Sequence record: OP752703.1
Direction: 5' to 3' (one strand)
DNA length: 64,000 nt
Made by a program: the position numbers and the translations under genes. Under the pieces are notes generated by a model. The model saw nothing but the letters and a program-made list of their open reading frames with translations. It ran no database searches and had not been told where the DNA came from. This document shows, piece after piece, positions 36,505 through 44,803 of this stretch. How positions within the stretch are numbered: position 1 is the stretch's first letter; every line of letters starts with the position of its first letter.

Positions 36505-36518
36505 AGTTTTCCTTAAAT

Positions 36519-36593
36519 TGGAAGCCAGTGCGGGAGTCGAACCCACCTAAACGGATTTGCAATCCGTCACATCTGCCGCTCTGTCAACTGGCC
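36519..36593 (-). tRNA. tRNA-Cys(GCA)
   Basis: Loop TT-GCA-AA, U73, CCA. Confidence 0.93.
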
Positions 36594-36597
36594 GTTG

Positions 36598-36831
36598 TTA
36601 AAGTGTAAGTATGCGGTAGATAAAGTAACCCATCGCACCTAGAATTGCAAGCCCTACAATAGTAGGCGCCCACGTTTTAATTGTTTCGCGTATCGCATCT
36701 ATCAACATGACTAATAGCAAGATGAAAATTGCTATAGCCGTAGCTAATGGCTTCAAACAAAGAGCCATCGCCTTGCCAATCCATATCAACGTCCTAACGA
36801 ATTTGGTATTATGCACGTTGTATTCTTCCAT
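36598..36831 (-). CDS. small membrane protein
   Basis: 2 TM. Confidence 0.65.
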   Translation of the reverse strand: MEEYNVHNTKFVRTLIWIGKAMALCLKPLATAIAIFILLLVMLIDAIRETIKTWAPTIVGLAILGAMGYFIYRILTL

Positions 36832-36849
36832 GTTAATACCTTATTTACC

Positions 36850-37158
36850 TTAGAGCTTGATTTCTTCGCGCTTGATCTTTCCATCAATCACGGTGTAGGA
36901 GTACAGAGTGCCATCTTCCTTACGGGCAATGCACATATCCATATCATACATGTACGTAGCTGATGGGTCAATAGCTTGCTTGATACCACGACACTTGGAA
37001 ACTGTCATAGGCTGTTTCGATTCGTAGCGGGTTGCTAGGTAAATCGGTACAGCAAAGATGGCTACACCAGTAGCCGCAGCTAGGATGACGCCAGCGGGCA
37101 TCTTAATAGGTTCCCATACCGCGTTGAATGCGTCTTTAATCGGGGTTCTTGATGCCAT
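36850..37158 (-). CDS. membrane-anchored hypothetical protein
   Basis: Start moved to MASRT; TM then C..C ectodomain like the next gene. Confidence 0.6.
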   Translation of the reverse strand: MASRTPIKDAFNAVWEPIKMPAGVILAAATGVAIFAVPIYLATRYESKQPMTVSKCRGIKQAIDPSATYMYDMDMCIARKEDGTLYSYTVIDGKIKREEIKL

Positions 37159-37543
37159 GAGGCATATACCTTTCAAATTTGGAATCGTAAAGATAACACT
37201 TCTTGTTGTTCTTGTCAAATTCAAACTTGGTAGCCTGAATCTTGGCAGCGAACTCACACGATTCATAATCGCGCTTAGTTGCGTATTTGTCACCGAAGCT
37301 GACAGCACCTACCACAGCAAGAGGAATACCTAGAACGACAATATAAGGAATGCAATTTACAAACCCTTTCTTGAAGTTGTGCCAACTACGACGCAGCGGA
37401 GCCATCTTATAGACGTTTAGTTCGTCCTTGACTTCTTTAAGCTCTGCTTTAAGAGCCTTGTTCTGTTCGCGCAATTCGTAGTTGGTTAGTGCGGAGTCAT
37501 ACGGACGAACGGGACCGCCGCCACCAAAGTCATCTGCCATCAT
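37136..37543 (-). CDS. coiled-coil plus TM hypothetical protein
   Basis: Heptad region, TM, two Cys. Confidence 0.7.
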   Translation of the reverse strand: MMADDFGGGGPVRPYDSALTNYELREQNKALKAELKEVKDELNVYKMAPLRRSWHNFKKGFVNCIPYIVVLGIPLAVVGAVSFGDKYATKRDYESCEFAAKIQATKFEFDKNNKKCYLYDSKFERYMPHGIKNPD

Positions 37544-37692
37544 GGGAGGTCTTCCATTAGTTCGGAACGTGAAGGGATATAAGGCTTTTCAGCCTCGCGT
37601 GGGATATAGACTAGCGCCACATCGCGCTCTACGTCAATATCTTCCTGAGAATCTTCGACAATATCGATAGCCAACTGCTTAATGCGGGACAT
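37540..37692 (-). CDS. small acidic hypothetical protein
   Basis: Start moved to MSRIK. Confidence 0.55.
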   Translation of the reverse strand: MSRIKQLAIDIVEDSQEDIDVERDVALVYIPREAEKPYIPSRSELMEDLP

Positions 37693-37715
37693 GATTATTA
37701 CTCTAAGATTTGAAT

Positions 37716-37792
37716 TGGAAGGGGTAGAAGGATTCGAACCTTCGCATGGTAGGATCAAAACCTACTGCCTTAAACCGCTTGGCTATACCCCT
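37716..37792 (-). tRNA. tRNA-Gln(TTG)
   Basis: Loop TT-TTG-AT, CCA; atypical U73. Confidence 0.92.
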
Positions 37793-37818
37793 GAATGAAG
37801 TTGTATTATACAGGCTAT

Positions 37819-37974
37819 TTAGTGGATTGTAAAGCCCAATGTCATCATGAATGTGCCAATTGCTACGAACACAAACTGCATGACAGTCTCTTGCTTAGAG
37901 CCGCATGGTATCACATGAGCGACACCAGCAGCAATAGACAGAGCGATCATTACATCAGCTATAATTAGCAGCAC
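37819..37974 (-). CDS. small membrane protein
   Basis: 2 hydrophobic segments; GTG start inferred. Confidence 0.45.
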   Translation of the reverse strand: MLLIIADVMIALSIAAGVAHVIPCGSKQETVMQFVFVAIGTFMMTLGFTIH

Positions 37975-38143
37975 GTTCAGGTTTCCCGAATAGCGCCCAC
38001 CATAGGGCAATGAACCAACCCACACCAGTCCAACCGGCCAGCATTGTTAGAATGAAGATCGCAGGACTGTTCTTGCAATCACGTACAACTGCAATGATGA
38101 CGGGTAGGAAGTAAAGGAAGGTGAATGTTAGAAAAGTGAGCAT
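37955..38143 (-). CDS. imm: superinfection immunity protein (T4 Imm family)
   Basis: LYFLP.IIA..R......IF....LAGWT.VGW..AL.WA. Confidence 0.88.
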   Translation of the reverse strand: MLTFLTFTFLYFLPVIIAVVRDCKNSPAIFILTMLAGWTGVGWFIALWWALFGKPERAANYS

Positions 38144-38290
38144 TGTTATCGAATATAAATCATAAAAGCTAGACCCGCTATAATAAGCGCTATAGTGGTT
38201 AACTCTTTTTTCAAGTTAACACGGGTGAAATTCCATGTCAATAGTCCCATTATAAAAAGGTAAATGAACAAAGTTAATAGAATAACCATG

Positions 38291-38440
38291 TTAGAACCTA
38301 TTGATGATGTATACAATTGTACCAATGATAAGCACAGGAGTCAATAGCAATACACTTACTTTAATTCGAGGGAATACAGTGACTAAACCGACTATGATCC
38401 AGAATGCTGCAAATAGAATAAAGCCAAAGACGACGCCCAT
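38291..38440 (-). CDS. small membrane protein
   Basis: Start moved to MGVVF; 2 TM. Confidence 0.55.
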   Translation of the reverse strand: MGVVFGFILFAAFWIIVGLVTVFPRIKVSVLLLTPVLIIGTIVYIINRF

Positions 38441-38457
38441 ATGTTTACCTTTAAATG

Positions 38458-38533
38458 TGGTGGGTCCAGCAGGACTCGAACCTGCAACCAAGGGATTATG
38501 AGTCCCACGCTCTAACCATTGAGCTATAGACCC
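38458..38533 (-). tRNA. tRNA with CAT anticodon, probably Ile2 (lysidine type) rather than Met
   Basis: Loop CT-CAT-AA, paired 1-72; body resembles bacterial Ile2 tRNAs. Confidence 0.88.
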
Positions 38534-38625
38534 AAATTCGTGCTGGGGCAGTCCCGACCTCACATCCCAGCAGTTTCGACTTAGTGATATCGTATCATCA
38601 TCTATCGAAGCTTACCACTTCTTTT

Positions 38626-38880
38626 TTAACGAACGTCTAGAAGTGCGCGACGCTGTTCATCAGTTTCTACCCAAATGGACACGTCAACGCGGACGGTATC
38701 GTTTAGGTAGGTGTATAGTACATCAAAAACAGGGAATGTCCAGCTTAGATGGCCGAAACGATCACCCTTGTTGGGGACCGGTACAGCACCGGGGAATGAA
38801 CGCGAATACACAGCATGTGTGTTTAGACGACGCTTCGTCTCCTTATCATAAGCAAAAACGTTAATTGAAGTGGTTAGCAT
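38626..38880 (-). CDS. hypothetical protein
   Basis: 84 aa downstream of a TTGCA-type promoter. Confidence 0.6.
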   Translation of the reverse strand: MLTTSINVFAYDKETKRRLNTHAVYSRSFPGAVPVPNKGDRFGHLSWTFPVFDVLYTYLNDTVRVDVSIWVETDEQRRALLDVR

Positions 38881-38941
38881 AGTGTTTCCTTTTAGAGTTC
38901 TATTGTACTCTATCTAGAAACACTATGCAAGGGCGAGCCGA

Positions 38942-39208
38942 TTAATACTTTACGCAGTTATCGTACAGTTCGCCGTTGTTGGCTACTACCACGTACCCAT
39001 AAGGGGTGGTGTACTTAATTATACCACGGATCAAAACGGTATTGCAAGAAAACATTTGAGAGGGGGAGTAGTTAGGACGCACTTCCCAATGGGTGGGATA
39101 CTGCGGAGCATAGGTGCGAGGATAGCCATAGACAGGCTGGTAGTACGGCACTGAGATACAGGCCGATAGGGAAAGGGCTGTGAGAATTGCTAGAATGATG
39201 TTCTTCAT
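38942..39208 (-). CDS. putative lipoprotein
   Basis: Lipobox LSAC; Pro/Tyr-rich linker. Confidence 0.7.
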   Translation of the reverse strand: MKNIILAILTALSLSACISVPYYQPVYGYPRTYAPQYPTHWEVRPNYSPSQMFSCNTVLIRGIIKYTTPYGYVVVANNGELYDNCVKY

Positions 39209-39537
39209 TCGTCTTCCTTCAATTCATCTAGGAGATTCTTGACTTGGTGCATATCCATGGGTGTGAGAACCTGCAAATGCCAGCTATGGCCGGAATCATC
39301 AACTACCATGATAGAACCGCTCTGAGTCACGGCATAGGCGTCAACCTGAATGCTGCCCCAGCGACTGGCGTTAATATCTACGTGCGGTAGATCATTCTTA
39401 CAGAACCAGCCTGACGGGCGACGAGCGATCATACTTTCGTCAACGAGACTGACGGATTCCACAAAGTGTTCATTTTCCAGAAGCACATGATGGGTGGACA
39501 GCAGCTTGTATAGGGTTTCTAGGTGTTTGATTGACAT
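39205..39537 (-). CDS. hypothetical protein
   Basis: Coupled 110 aa. Confidence 0.65.
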   Translation of the reverse strand: MSIKHLETLYKLLSTHHVLLENEHFVESVSLVDESMIARRPSGWFCKNDLPHVDINASRWGSIQVDAYAVTQSGSIMVVDDSGHSWHLQVLTPMDMHQVKNLLDELKEDE

Positions 39538-39788
39538 TAGTAATACCAGATGTATTTGCCGGGGTTTTGGGTGTAGGACTTGTCTCTGTGTCGGGAAGCG
39601 TCAGCCATCGGGCTATCCCAACCCAACTTGTCCAGAGTGCGAAGCATATCGCGGAATGCGCTACCAATCAACCTCTTACAGACACGCAATTCAACCAGCG
39701 GGAGGTTAGTCTTGCGGTTATAGACACGACAGCCATAGAGGCCCTTGCCTAGGTAAGTTACTTTGGTATAAAGAATGTCGGGGTTCAT
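39537..39788 (-). CDS. hypothetical protein
   Basis: Start moved to MNPDIL, directly after promoter. Confidence 0.65.
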   Translation of the reverse strand: MNPDILYTKVTYLGKGLYGCRVYNRKTNLPLVELRVCKRLIGSAFRDMLRTLDKLGWDSPMADASRHRDKSYTQNPGKYIWYY

Positions 39789-39795
39789 GGGGCCT

Positions 39796-39832
39796 ATAAT
39801 AAAGAAAGGGCTGACCGAAGTCAACCCTTTTT
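39796..39832 (-). terminator. UUCG terminator containing the -35 of a sigma70 promoter
   Basis: AAAGGGTTGAC-TTCG-GTCAGCCCTTT; TTGACT-17-TATTAT. Confidence 0.75.
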
Positions 39833-39946
39833 CTTGTATCCACTATGGGAATCGTATACTTCTTTGGAGACTTCTCTCCAGATTAAACAGTCATCCCATG
39901 TGGCTTCTGTAGCAATATAGTATTTCATATATTTTACCACTTTGTT

Positions 39947-40022
39947 TGGCGGGCAAGGTAGGAGTCGAACCCACAACCAACGGATTTGGAATCCGCTACT
40001 CTGCCAATTGAGCTACATGCCC
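39947..40022 (-). tRNA. tRNA-Trp(CCA)
   Basis: Loop TT-CCA-AA, G73, CCA. Confidence 0.95.
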
Positions 40023-40029
40023 TTAAATT

Positions 40030-40362
40030 TTACTCTTCTACTTCGCTACTGTCACGTGTATTAGTCTGGATGTGAATGTCTACATCCTTATCTACCGAAA
40101 GTATATTGGCTAACATGATAGCGGTGATAATCAGAACATCAAGCCATGATCCTGCTACAGCAGAAACAATGAGTGCGATAAGAAGTAGAGCCATCACTGC
40201 ATATAGAAAGCGGTTATTGCTAAAAGTATAATCAGATCGACTAACTACGTCAACACATAGAGTGTGGACCTTCTCACCATTAAGAGACAGATTATCCTCG
40301 GATACATCAATATCAATTTCAGTGGTGTCTTCTACGTAAAGCTTCTTTAATAGATTCTTCAT
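40030..40362 (-). CDS. membrane protein
   Basis: 2 TM segments. Confidence 0.65.
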   Translation of the reverse strand: MKNLLKKLYVEDTTEIDIDVSEDNLSLNGEKVHTLCVDVVSRSDYTFSNNRFLYAVMALLLIALIVSAVAGSWLDVLIITAIMLANILSVDKDVDIHIQTNTRDSSEVEE

Positions 40363-40382
40363 TTGGTTTTCCCTTAATTAGA

Positions 40383-40516
40383 AGCCTGTGACAGGACTCG
40401 AACCTGCGACCTTTCCTAACAACATCCAGCGATCAACCCGAATGTTAACAACGCGACGTGTACTTAGCCCGTGTTATAAAGTTTATGGAGCGCTCTCCCA
40501 ACTGAGCTACATAGGC
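40383..40516 (-). ncRNA. tRNA-like RNA with ~60-nt expansion of the anticodon domain
   Basis: Intact acceptor, D-arm GCTC-AGTTGGGA-GAGC and T-arm GCAGG-TTCGAGT-CCTGT; no encoded CCA. Confidence 0.7.
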
Positions 40517-40621
40517 ATGAATTTTGTTGAGGGGACATTCCTCAGCCAGAGAATTCGGTCACTGACTGTATCTTCACGTCCTTTATTGGTTATCCAGATT
40601 TAACTGACCTCCCCGAATAAT

Positions 40622-40695
40622 TGTATGACGGAAGGAATCGAACCTTCACCCTCAGCGCTAACTGAGTTTACCAGAAGCCTTTCAGCCTATCATAC
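40622..40695 (-). ncRNA. degenerate tRNA-like RNA (6-nt anticodon loop)
   Basis: 7-bp acceptor, T-arm TTCGATT, CTCAG-TTAGCG-CTGAG; poor D-arm; no CCA. Confidence 0.55.
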
Positions 40696-40703
40696 CACGT
40701 GTT

Positions 40704-40779
40704 TGGTGCCGGTTGAGGGATTCGAACCCCCGACCTACTGCTTACAAGGCAGTTGCTCTACCAACTGAGCTAAACCGGC
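40704..40779 (-). tRNA. tRNA-Thr(TGT)
   Basis: Loop CT-TGT-AA, CCA. Confidence 0.95.
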
Positions 40780-40785
40780 GAAACT

Positions 40786-41028
40786 TTACTTAACGAATTC
40801 GATGATGAACGCTTCGTCACCACCAACAACACCTATTTTATCATCACTGAACACATTGTCAACTCTATCGATATTGAAAATGGTCAACTTGTTGAAATGA
40901 TAGGCTTCAATACTGAGAATGCCATCTTCATCGAAATATGCGCGATCTACCTTATAGACTGCATCAATATAGATTACAGTCCCATCCTCGACGCGATCAA
41001 TCTTTCGCAGTAGACTATTAAGCTCCAT
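40786..41028 (-). CDS. hypothetical protein
   Basis: 80 aa acidic beta-rich. Confidence 0.65.
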   Translation of the reverse strand: MELNSLLRKIDRVEDGTVIYIDAVYKVDRAYFDEDGILSIEAYHFNKLTIFNIDRVDNVFSDDKIGVVGGDEAFIIEFVK

Positions 41029-41317
41029 TGTTTGCTCCGTTAACCATCAGATCAAACTTGGTAACACGCTGGAAGATTTCCACTTCGATTGCAGAGCCAA
41101 GGTGGTCCTGACAATGAATCAGGCCATTTTCATCGACACTGACAATCTCTTCAATCCAGACGTTACCTACATTACCTTCATCGTCGGTATACTTTACATC
41201 AATACCATCATTCTCTTCCGGGTTGTCATCATAGAGAGTAACATCGTAGGGGAAGTTACCATCAACACGGTGGACGTTATTCTGCATCAGTTCAGCGAGA
41301 CGTTCAAGAGTGAGCAT
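41018..41317 (-). CDS. hypothetical protein
   Basis: 99 aa acidic; promoter upstream. Confidence 0.7.
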   Translation of the reverse strand: MLTLERLAELMQNNVHRVDGNFPYDVTLYDDNPEENDGIDVKYTDDEGNVGNVWIEEIVSVDENGLIHCQDHLGSAIEVEIFQRVTKFDLMVNGANNGA

Positions 41318-41395
41318 TACGATTTCCAGTTGGAGTTAAGTTATAGGGCCATCATAGCACGTCGTTTATTGACTGACAACCCTAGGGTTTAAATT

Positions 41396-41470
41396 TGGCG
41401 GTGTGTACGGGAATCGAACCCGTGCCTCCGGCGTGACAGGCCAGAATTCTAACCGTTAAACTAACGCACC
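41396..41470 (-). tRNA. tRNA-Asp(GTC)
   Basis: Loop CT-GTC-AC, G73, CCA. Confidence 0.93.
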
Positions 41471-41656
41471 GTATTTTTATCTGTCGCTTAGTTCGCCGCG
41501 CTTAACTCTGCGCGCATCATCCCAGCGATCATAGAAATCAAGTCCTACAAATAACGCTACAATACCTAAAACAATAAGAGCGCTTGGTACATGAATATAC
41601 ATGACTTTATTTCCTTTTTCAACCCCGCACTTTACAAGTGGCGGATCACTTAGAAT

Positions 41657-41733
41657 TGGTCCGGACGGCAGGACTCGAACCTGCGACCCTCTGCTCCCAA
41701 AGCAGATGCGCTACCAGACTGCGCTACACCCGG
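41657..41733 (-). tRNA. tRNA-Pro(TGG)
   Basis: C1:G72, loop TT-TGG-GA, CCA. Confidence 0.95.
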
Positions 41734-41752
41734 ATAATGTGAATGACCTGAG

Positions 41753-41826
41753 TCAGGACGGCTGGATTCGAACCAGCGGCTTCTTCCGTCCAAGGGAAGC
41801 ACTCTACCAGACTGAGCTACACCCTG
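41753..41826 (-). tRNA. second tRNA-Pro(TGG), no encoded CCA, inside a 14-bp inverted repeat
   Basis: Loop CT-TGG-AC; flanks tgacctgagtcagg / cctgactcaggtca. Confidence 0.8.
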
Positions 41827-41858
41827 ACTCAGGTCACTCTTAAAACTTAGACTACTAT

Positions 41859-42098
41859 TTAGTAGCGGTAATTCTTGCTGTAATATTTCTGTGCATTAGA
41901 CAGACTTAGCAGTCCAGTTCCAACAAAGAATACAAGCAATCCCCACAATTTGTTCTGCCACAGTAGGCTTAGGAAACCTACGGGAAGAAATATACCAAAA
42001 ACGATGATGGAATGCAACACATCCATTACGAAAGTGAACTTCTTTCCTTGTTCACTATACAGCCATTTTTCAATGGCCTTGATTGATTTAACGATCAT
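41859..42098 (-). CDS. membrane protein
   Basis: Start moved to MIVKS; 2 TM. Confidence 0.6.
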   Translation of the reverse strand: MIVKSIKAIEKWLYSEQGKKFTFVMDVLHSIIVFGIFLPVGFLSLLWQNKLWGLLVFFVGTGLLSLSNAQKYYSKNYRY

Positions 42099-42361
42099 CA
42101 GATTCCCATTAGATCGACAGGTTGAGGGGTCATACACCAGACACGTAGTTTAAACTGTTTGCCTGCAACTTGCAAGAGGACTAGCTGCTTGTTGCTGGTG
42201 ATAATCGAATCAGCATTAAGGTGAATCCACTCAGCCGCATCAGAAGGAGTATACCTGATCGAATATCCATTCTCAATATTAGCAATAGTAACATAGAACA
42301 CGTCAGGGGACAACCCGATCAGTGACTTGTTCAAATCTTTAATGTGAGAGAAAGAGTTCAT
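42098..42361 (-). CDS. hypothetical protein
   Basis: Coupled 87 aa. Confidence 0.6.
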   Translation of the reverse strand: MNSFSHIKDLNKSLIGLSPDVFYVTIANIENGYSIRYTPSDAAEWIHLNADSIITSNKQLVLLQVAGKQFKLRVWCMTPQPVDLMGI

Positions 42362-42624
42362 GACAGGGCTTCAATACCGATTTGGGTCATCTGAACACGA
42401 TGGAAAGTTAATGTGAACTTCGTTCCAGCGGCATTACGCATAACAATCGCTTTCTGATCGACCTGCACCACTTCCCACGTATACATCCCGAGGAAACAGA
42501 GTGCTTCATTGCTGTTCATATCGGCAGAATTGCCACTTGTCTGTGTATAGACTCGCACAATATCACCGCAAGCAAGGCGGGCAATTACGTTCTTAACATC
42601 ACTTACGGTAGGCAGCAGACTCAT
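42358..42624 (-). CDS. hypothetical protein
   Basis: Coupled 88 aa. Confidence 0.6.
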   Translation of the reverse strand: MSLLPTVSDVKNVIARLACGDIVRVYTQTSGNSADMNSNEALCFLGMYTWEVVQVDQKAIVMRNAAGTKFTLTFHRVQMTQIGIEALS

Positions 42625-42756
42625 GGAGTTAATTCCTGTTCGTTAGAGGGGCCAGTGTATTCTGGTTCATCTTCAATGTCAATCCCTGACTGTAGAGCTT
42701 TCTGTACTTCCTTATTTCGCTCTTCGACTCGCTTCATGAAACGTGCAACAAAGGGA

Positions 42757-43164
42757 TCAACGGACTTCAAATGCGTAACCTTCCTGAGTAGTATAATAGA
42801 TTTCACGAACTCCTGCAAGCTTTAGTGCAGCGGTACAGCTAACACAGGGCTTACAGTTGGCAATGACGCCATGCTTGTCTTCACGATAGATGTAAATCTC
42901 AGCGTTGCTCAGATCAATCTTACCAGAGTTAATGAGAGCGCTTACCTCAGCATGTAGCTTGGCATTAGGGCAATGGTAGTTGTTCTGCTGGTCGAGCCGA
43001 GCCTGTAGCGGATGCGTCTTGGCCTTATTAAAGCCGCGACTCACTACGTAGTTCCCAAGCACAATTACAGCACCGATATGGGCCTTGGCATGGGTGGACT
43101 TCTTGGCTTCGCGCTTGGCTTGCTTGAACCAGCGCATTTCACGGGTAGTGGGAATATAAGACAT
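42757..43164 (-). CDS. zinc-dependent cytidine/dCMP/tRNA deaminase-fold protein
   Basis: HIGAVIV...G.N, LHAE, CKPCVSC, GVREIYY. Confidence 0.88.
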   Translation of the reverse strand: MSYIPTTREMRWFKQAKREAKKSTHAKAHIGAVIVLGNYVVSRGFNKAKTHPLQARLDQQNNYHCPNAKLHAEVSALINSGKIDLSNAEIYIYREDKHGVIANCKPCVSCTAALKLAGVREIYYTTQEGYAFEVR

Positions 43165-43841
43165 TACTTCACAGCTTGGTTAGTGGGGTTACCGAGGTCA
43201 GAGACTCGGGAAGAGTCAGCAGTACCACCGGCAGACCAAGTATACACCTGTCCGTGCTTGTCCTGCAAGAAGAATTTAACTTCTGCATCATAGACACGGC
43301 CATTCACAGTTGCACGCCAAGTCTTAGGCGGAGCATATGCGGCTCTCACATCTTGCACCATCATAAAGAGCGTCATAACCCCTACAATGAGGTAGCACAC
43401 ACCAGTAGATAGGAAACCTGCTGGGGTAGCACCAAAGACGCGGAGAGGCATCCATGCAAAGACGATACCGCCAATGGCGAAGAAGAAGAGGTAACCGAAC
43501 CAGAATTTAATACCAAGTGAACGGTGATTCTTGCCGTAGTCTTCCCAATTCGACAGAACGGAGTAGGGAACGTCACACTTACTGTTAGAGTTATCACGCG
43601 ACTGGTGGAAGCTCTTGTTATCGCCTTCAATGTACCAACAACTGGTAGTGTTAAAGCGATTCTGGTCACGTGCCTCAACCCAATGTACGTTGTAAGTACT
43701 AGGGGAGTTCATCCATAGCTTGTTGTTAGCAGCGGATGCGTAATCTTTGAGCATTCCTCCGAAGACAATAATGACTGCGATAAAGAAGATCGCGGACAGA
43801 ATGTTAAGGAAGGTATTGATTAGTCGAGTGATGATATCCAT
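43164..43841 (-). CDS. membrane protein
   Basis: 3 TM segments with two periplasm-like domains. Confidence 0.7.
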   Translation of the reverse strand: MDIITRLINTFLNILSAIFFIAVIIVFGGMLKDYASAANNKLWMNSPSTYNVHWVEARDQNRFNTTSCWYIEGDNKSFHQSRDNSNSKCDVPYSVLSNWEDYGKNHRSLGIKFWFGYLFFFAIGGIVFAWMPLRVFGATPAGFLSTGVCYLIVGVMTLFMMVQDVRAAYAPPKTWRATVNGRVYDAEVKFFLQDKHGQVYTWSAGGTADSSRVSDLGNPTNQAVK

Positions 43842-43867
43842 AGGGATACTCTAGCAGAGTTGAAGGG

Positions 43868-43895
43868 AAAAGAAAAGGGGCCATAAGGCCCCTTT
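43868..43895 (-). terminator. rho-independent terminator
   Basis: AAAGGGGCC-TTAT-GGCCCCTTTTCTTTT. Confidence 0.75.
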
Positions 43896-43980
43896 CTAGG
43901 ATGATGGTAGGTTTCAGTTCAGAAAGAGTATTAACCTACGAAAGCCTCTTCCCTAGTTCAGCGAACTGAACATCTGCGTT

Positions 43981-44055
43981 TGGTACACCTAGAGGGTTTC
44001 GATCCCTCTTCTGCTGGGTGAAAACCAGCGATCCTAGCCACTAGACGATAGGTGC
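43981..44055 (-). tRNA. tRNA-Glu(TTC)
   Basis: Loop TT-TTC-AC, CCA; T-loop has A54 (ATCGAAA). Confidence 0.88.
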
Positions 44056-44137
44056 ATAATTGTTCATGAGTCTACTGTAGGTCATCCATGATGATGATTG
44101 TATCCTACTAGTCGGTGGTTTGCAACACCGTCACTAT

Positions 44138-44192
44138 TGGTTGCGAGTCTCTAGAGTACCGACCCCGCATGAAGGGGAAGGCTGCACTCGCG
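44138..44192 (-). ncRNA. 55-nt armless tRNA-fMet mimic
   Basis: CGCGAGT/ACTCGCA-A-CCA with C1:A72; hairpin CCCC-TTCATGC-GGGG. Confidence 0.6.
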
Positions 44193-44211
44193 TTTACATT
44201 GCAATGCTAAT

Positions 44212-44285
44212 TGGTTGCGAGGGAGAGAGTCGAACTCTCAATTCAGGGGTATGAACCCCGCGTGATGCCATTTCACTACCTCGCG
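44212..44285 (-). tRNA. initiator tRNA-fMet(CAT)
   Basis: C1:A72 mismatch, three G:C pairs in anticodon stem, CCA. Confidence 0.9.
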
Positions 44286-44454
44286 TCATTTGGTGATACT
44301 TAAGAAGTGTCCTGTAAGTCGCATCAATCTTACAGTAAGTCATATTAGGCTGTCAACCCCTTCCCTCAGTGCTTTTCAGCTCACCCCACATTCCGTTAGG
44401 AAGGCACTAAAAATGCAGGTTAATCAATAACTCTTCACTTACTGATCTAAAACA

Positions 44455-44530
44455 TGGTGGGGCAAGTAGGACTCGAACCTACATCTGCTGCTTTTCAGGC
44501 AGCCGCTAAGATCTCATCAGCTATTGCCCC
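44455..44530 (-). tRNA. tRNA-Phe(GAA)
   Basis: Loop CT-GAA-AA, CCA; atypical D-loop. Confidence 0.88.
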
Positions 44531-44672
44531 TCGTTGAAATGGAGAAACTTTCCCGGCTGCGATCCCTAGTCTATCAGTTCAGCAGTAGTTCCGAGCAATT
44601 CCTGGATGCCCCCAAACAATATTGTACGGATATTGTAAGGTTTCTCATTGGTGCCGTCATTCATTTCACGTT

Positions 44673-44757
<85 letters not shown>

Positions 44758-44803
44758 GTAAAATTGTAGTTCTTTATTTATACAGTAATTATTCCACTGT
44801 CAT

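Noticed and set aside
44290-44356. CCA-ended hairpin with a TTGATGC loop as another mini-tRNA
   Set aside because: The acceptor stem needs a bulge, and the hairpin overlaps a TTGACA-18-TAAGAT promoter that explains the sequence.
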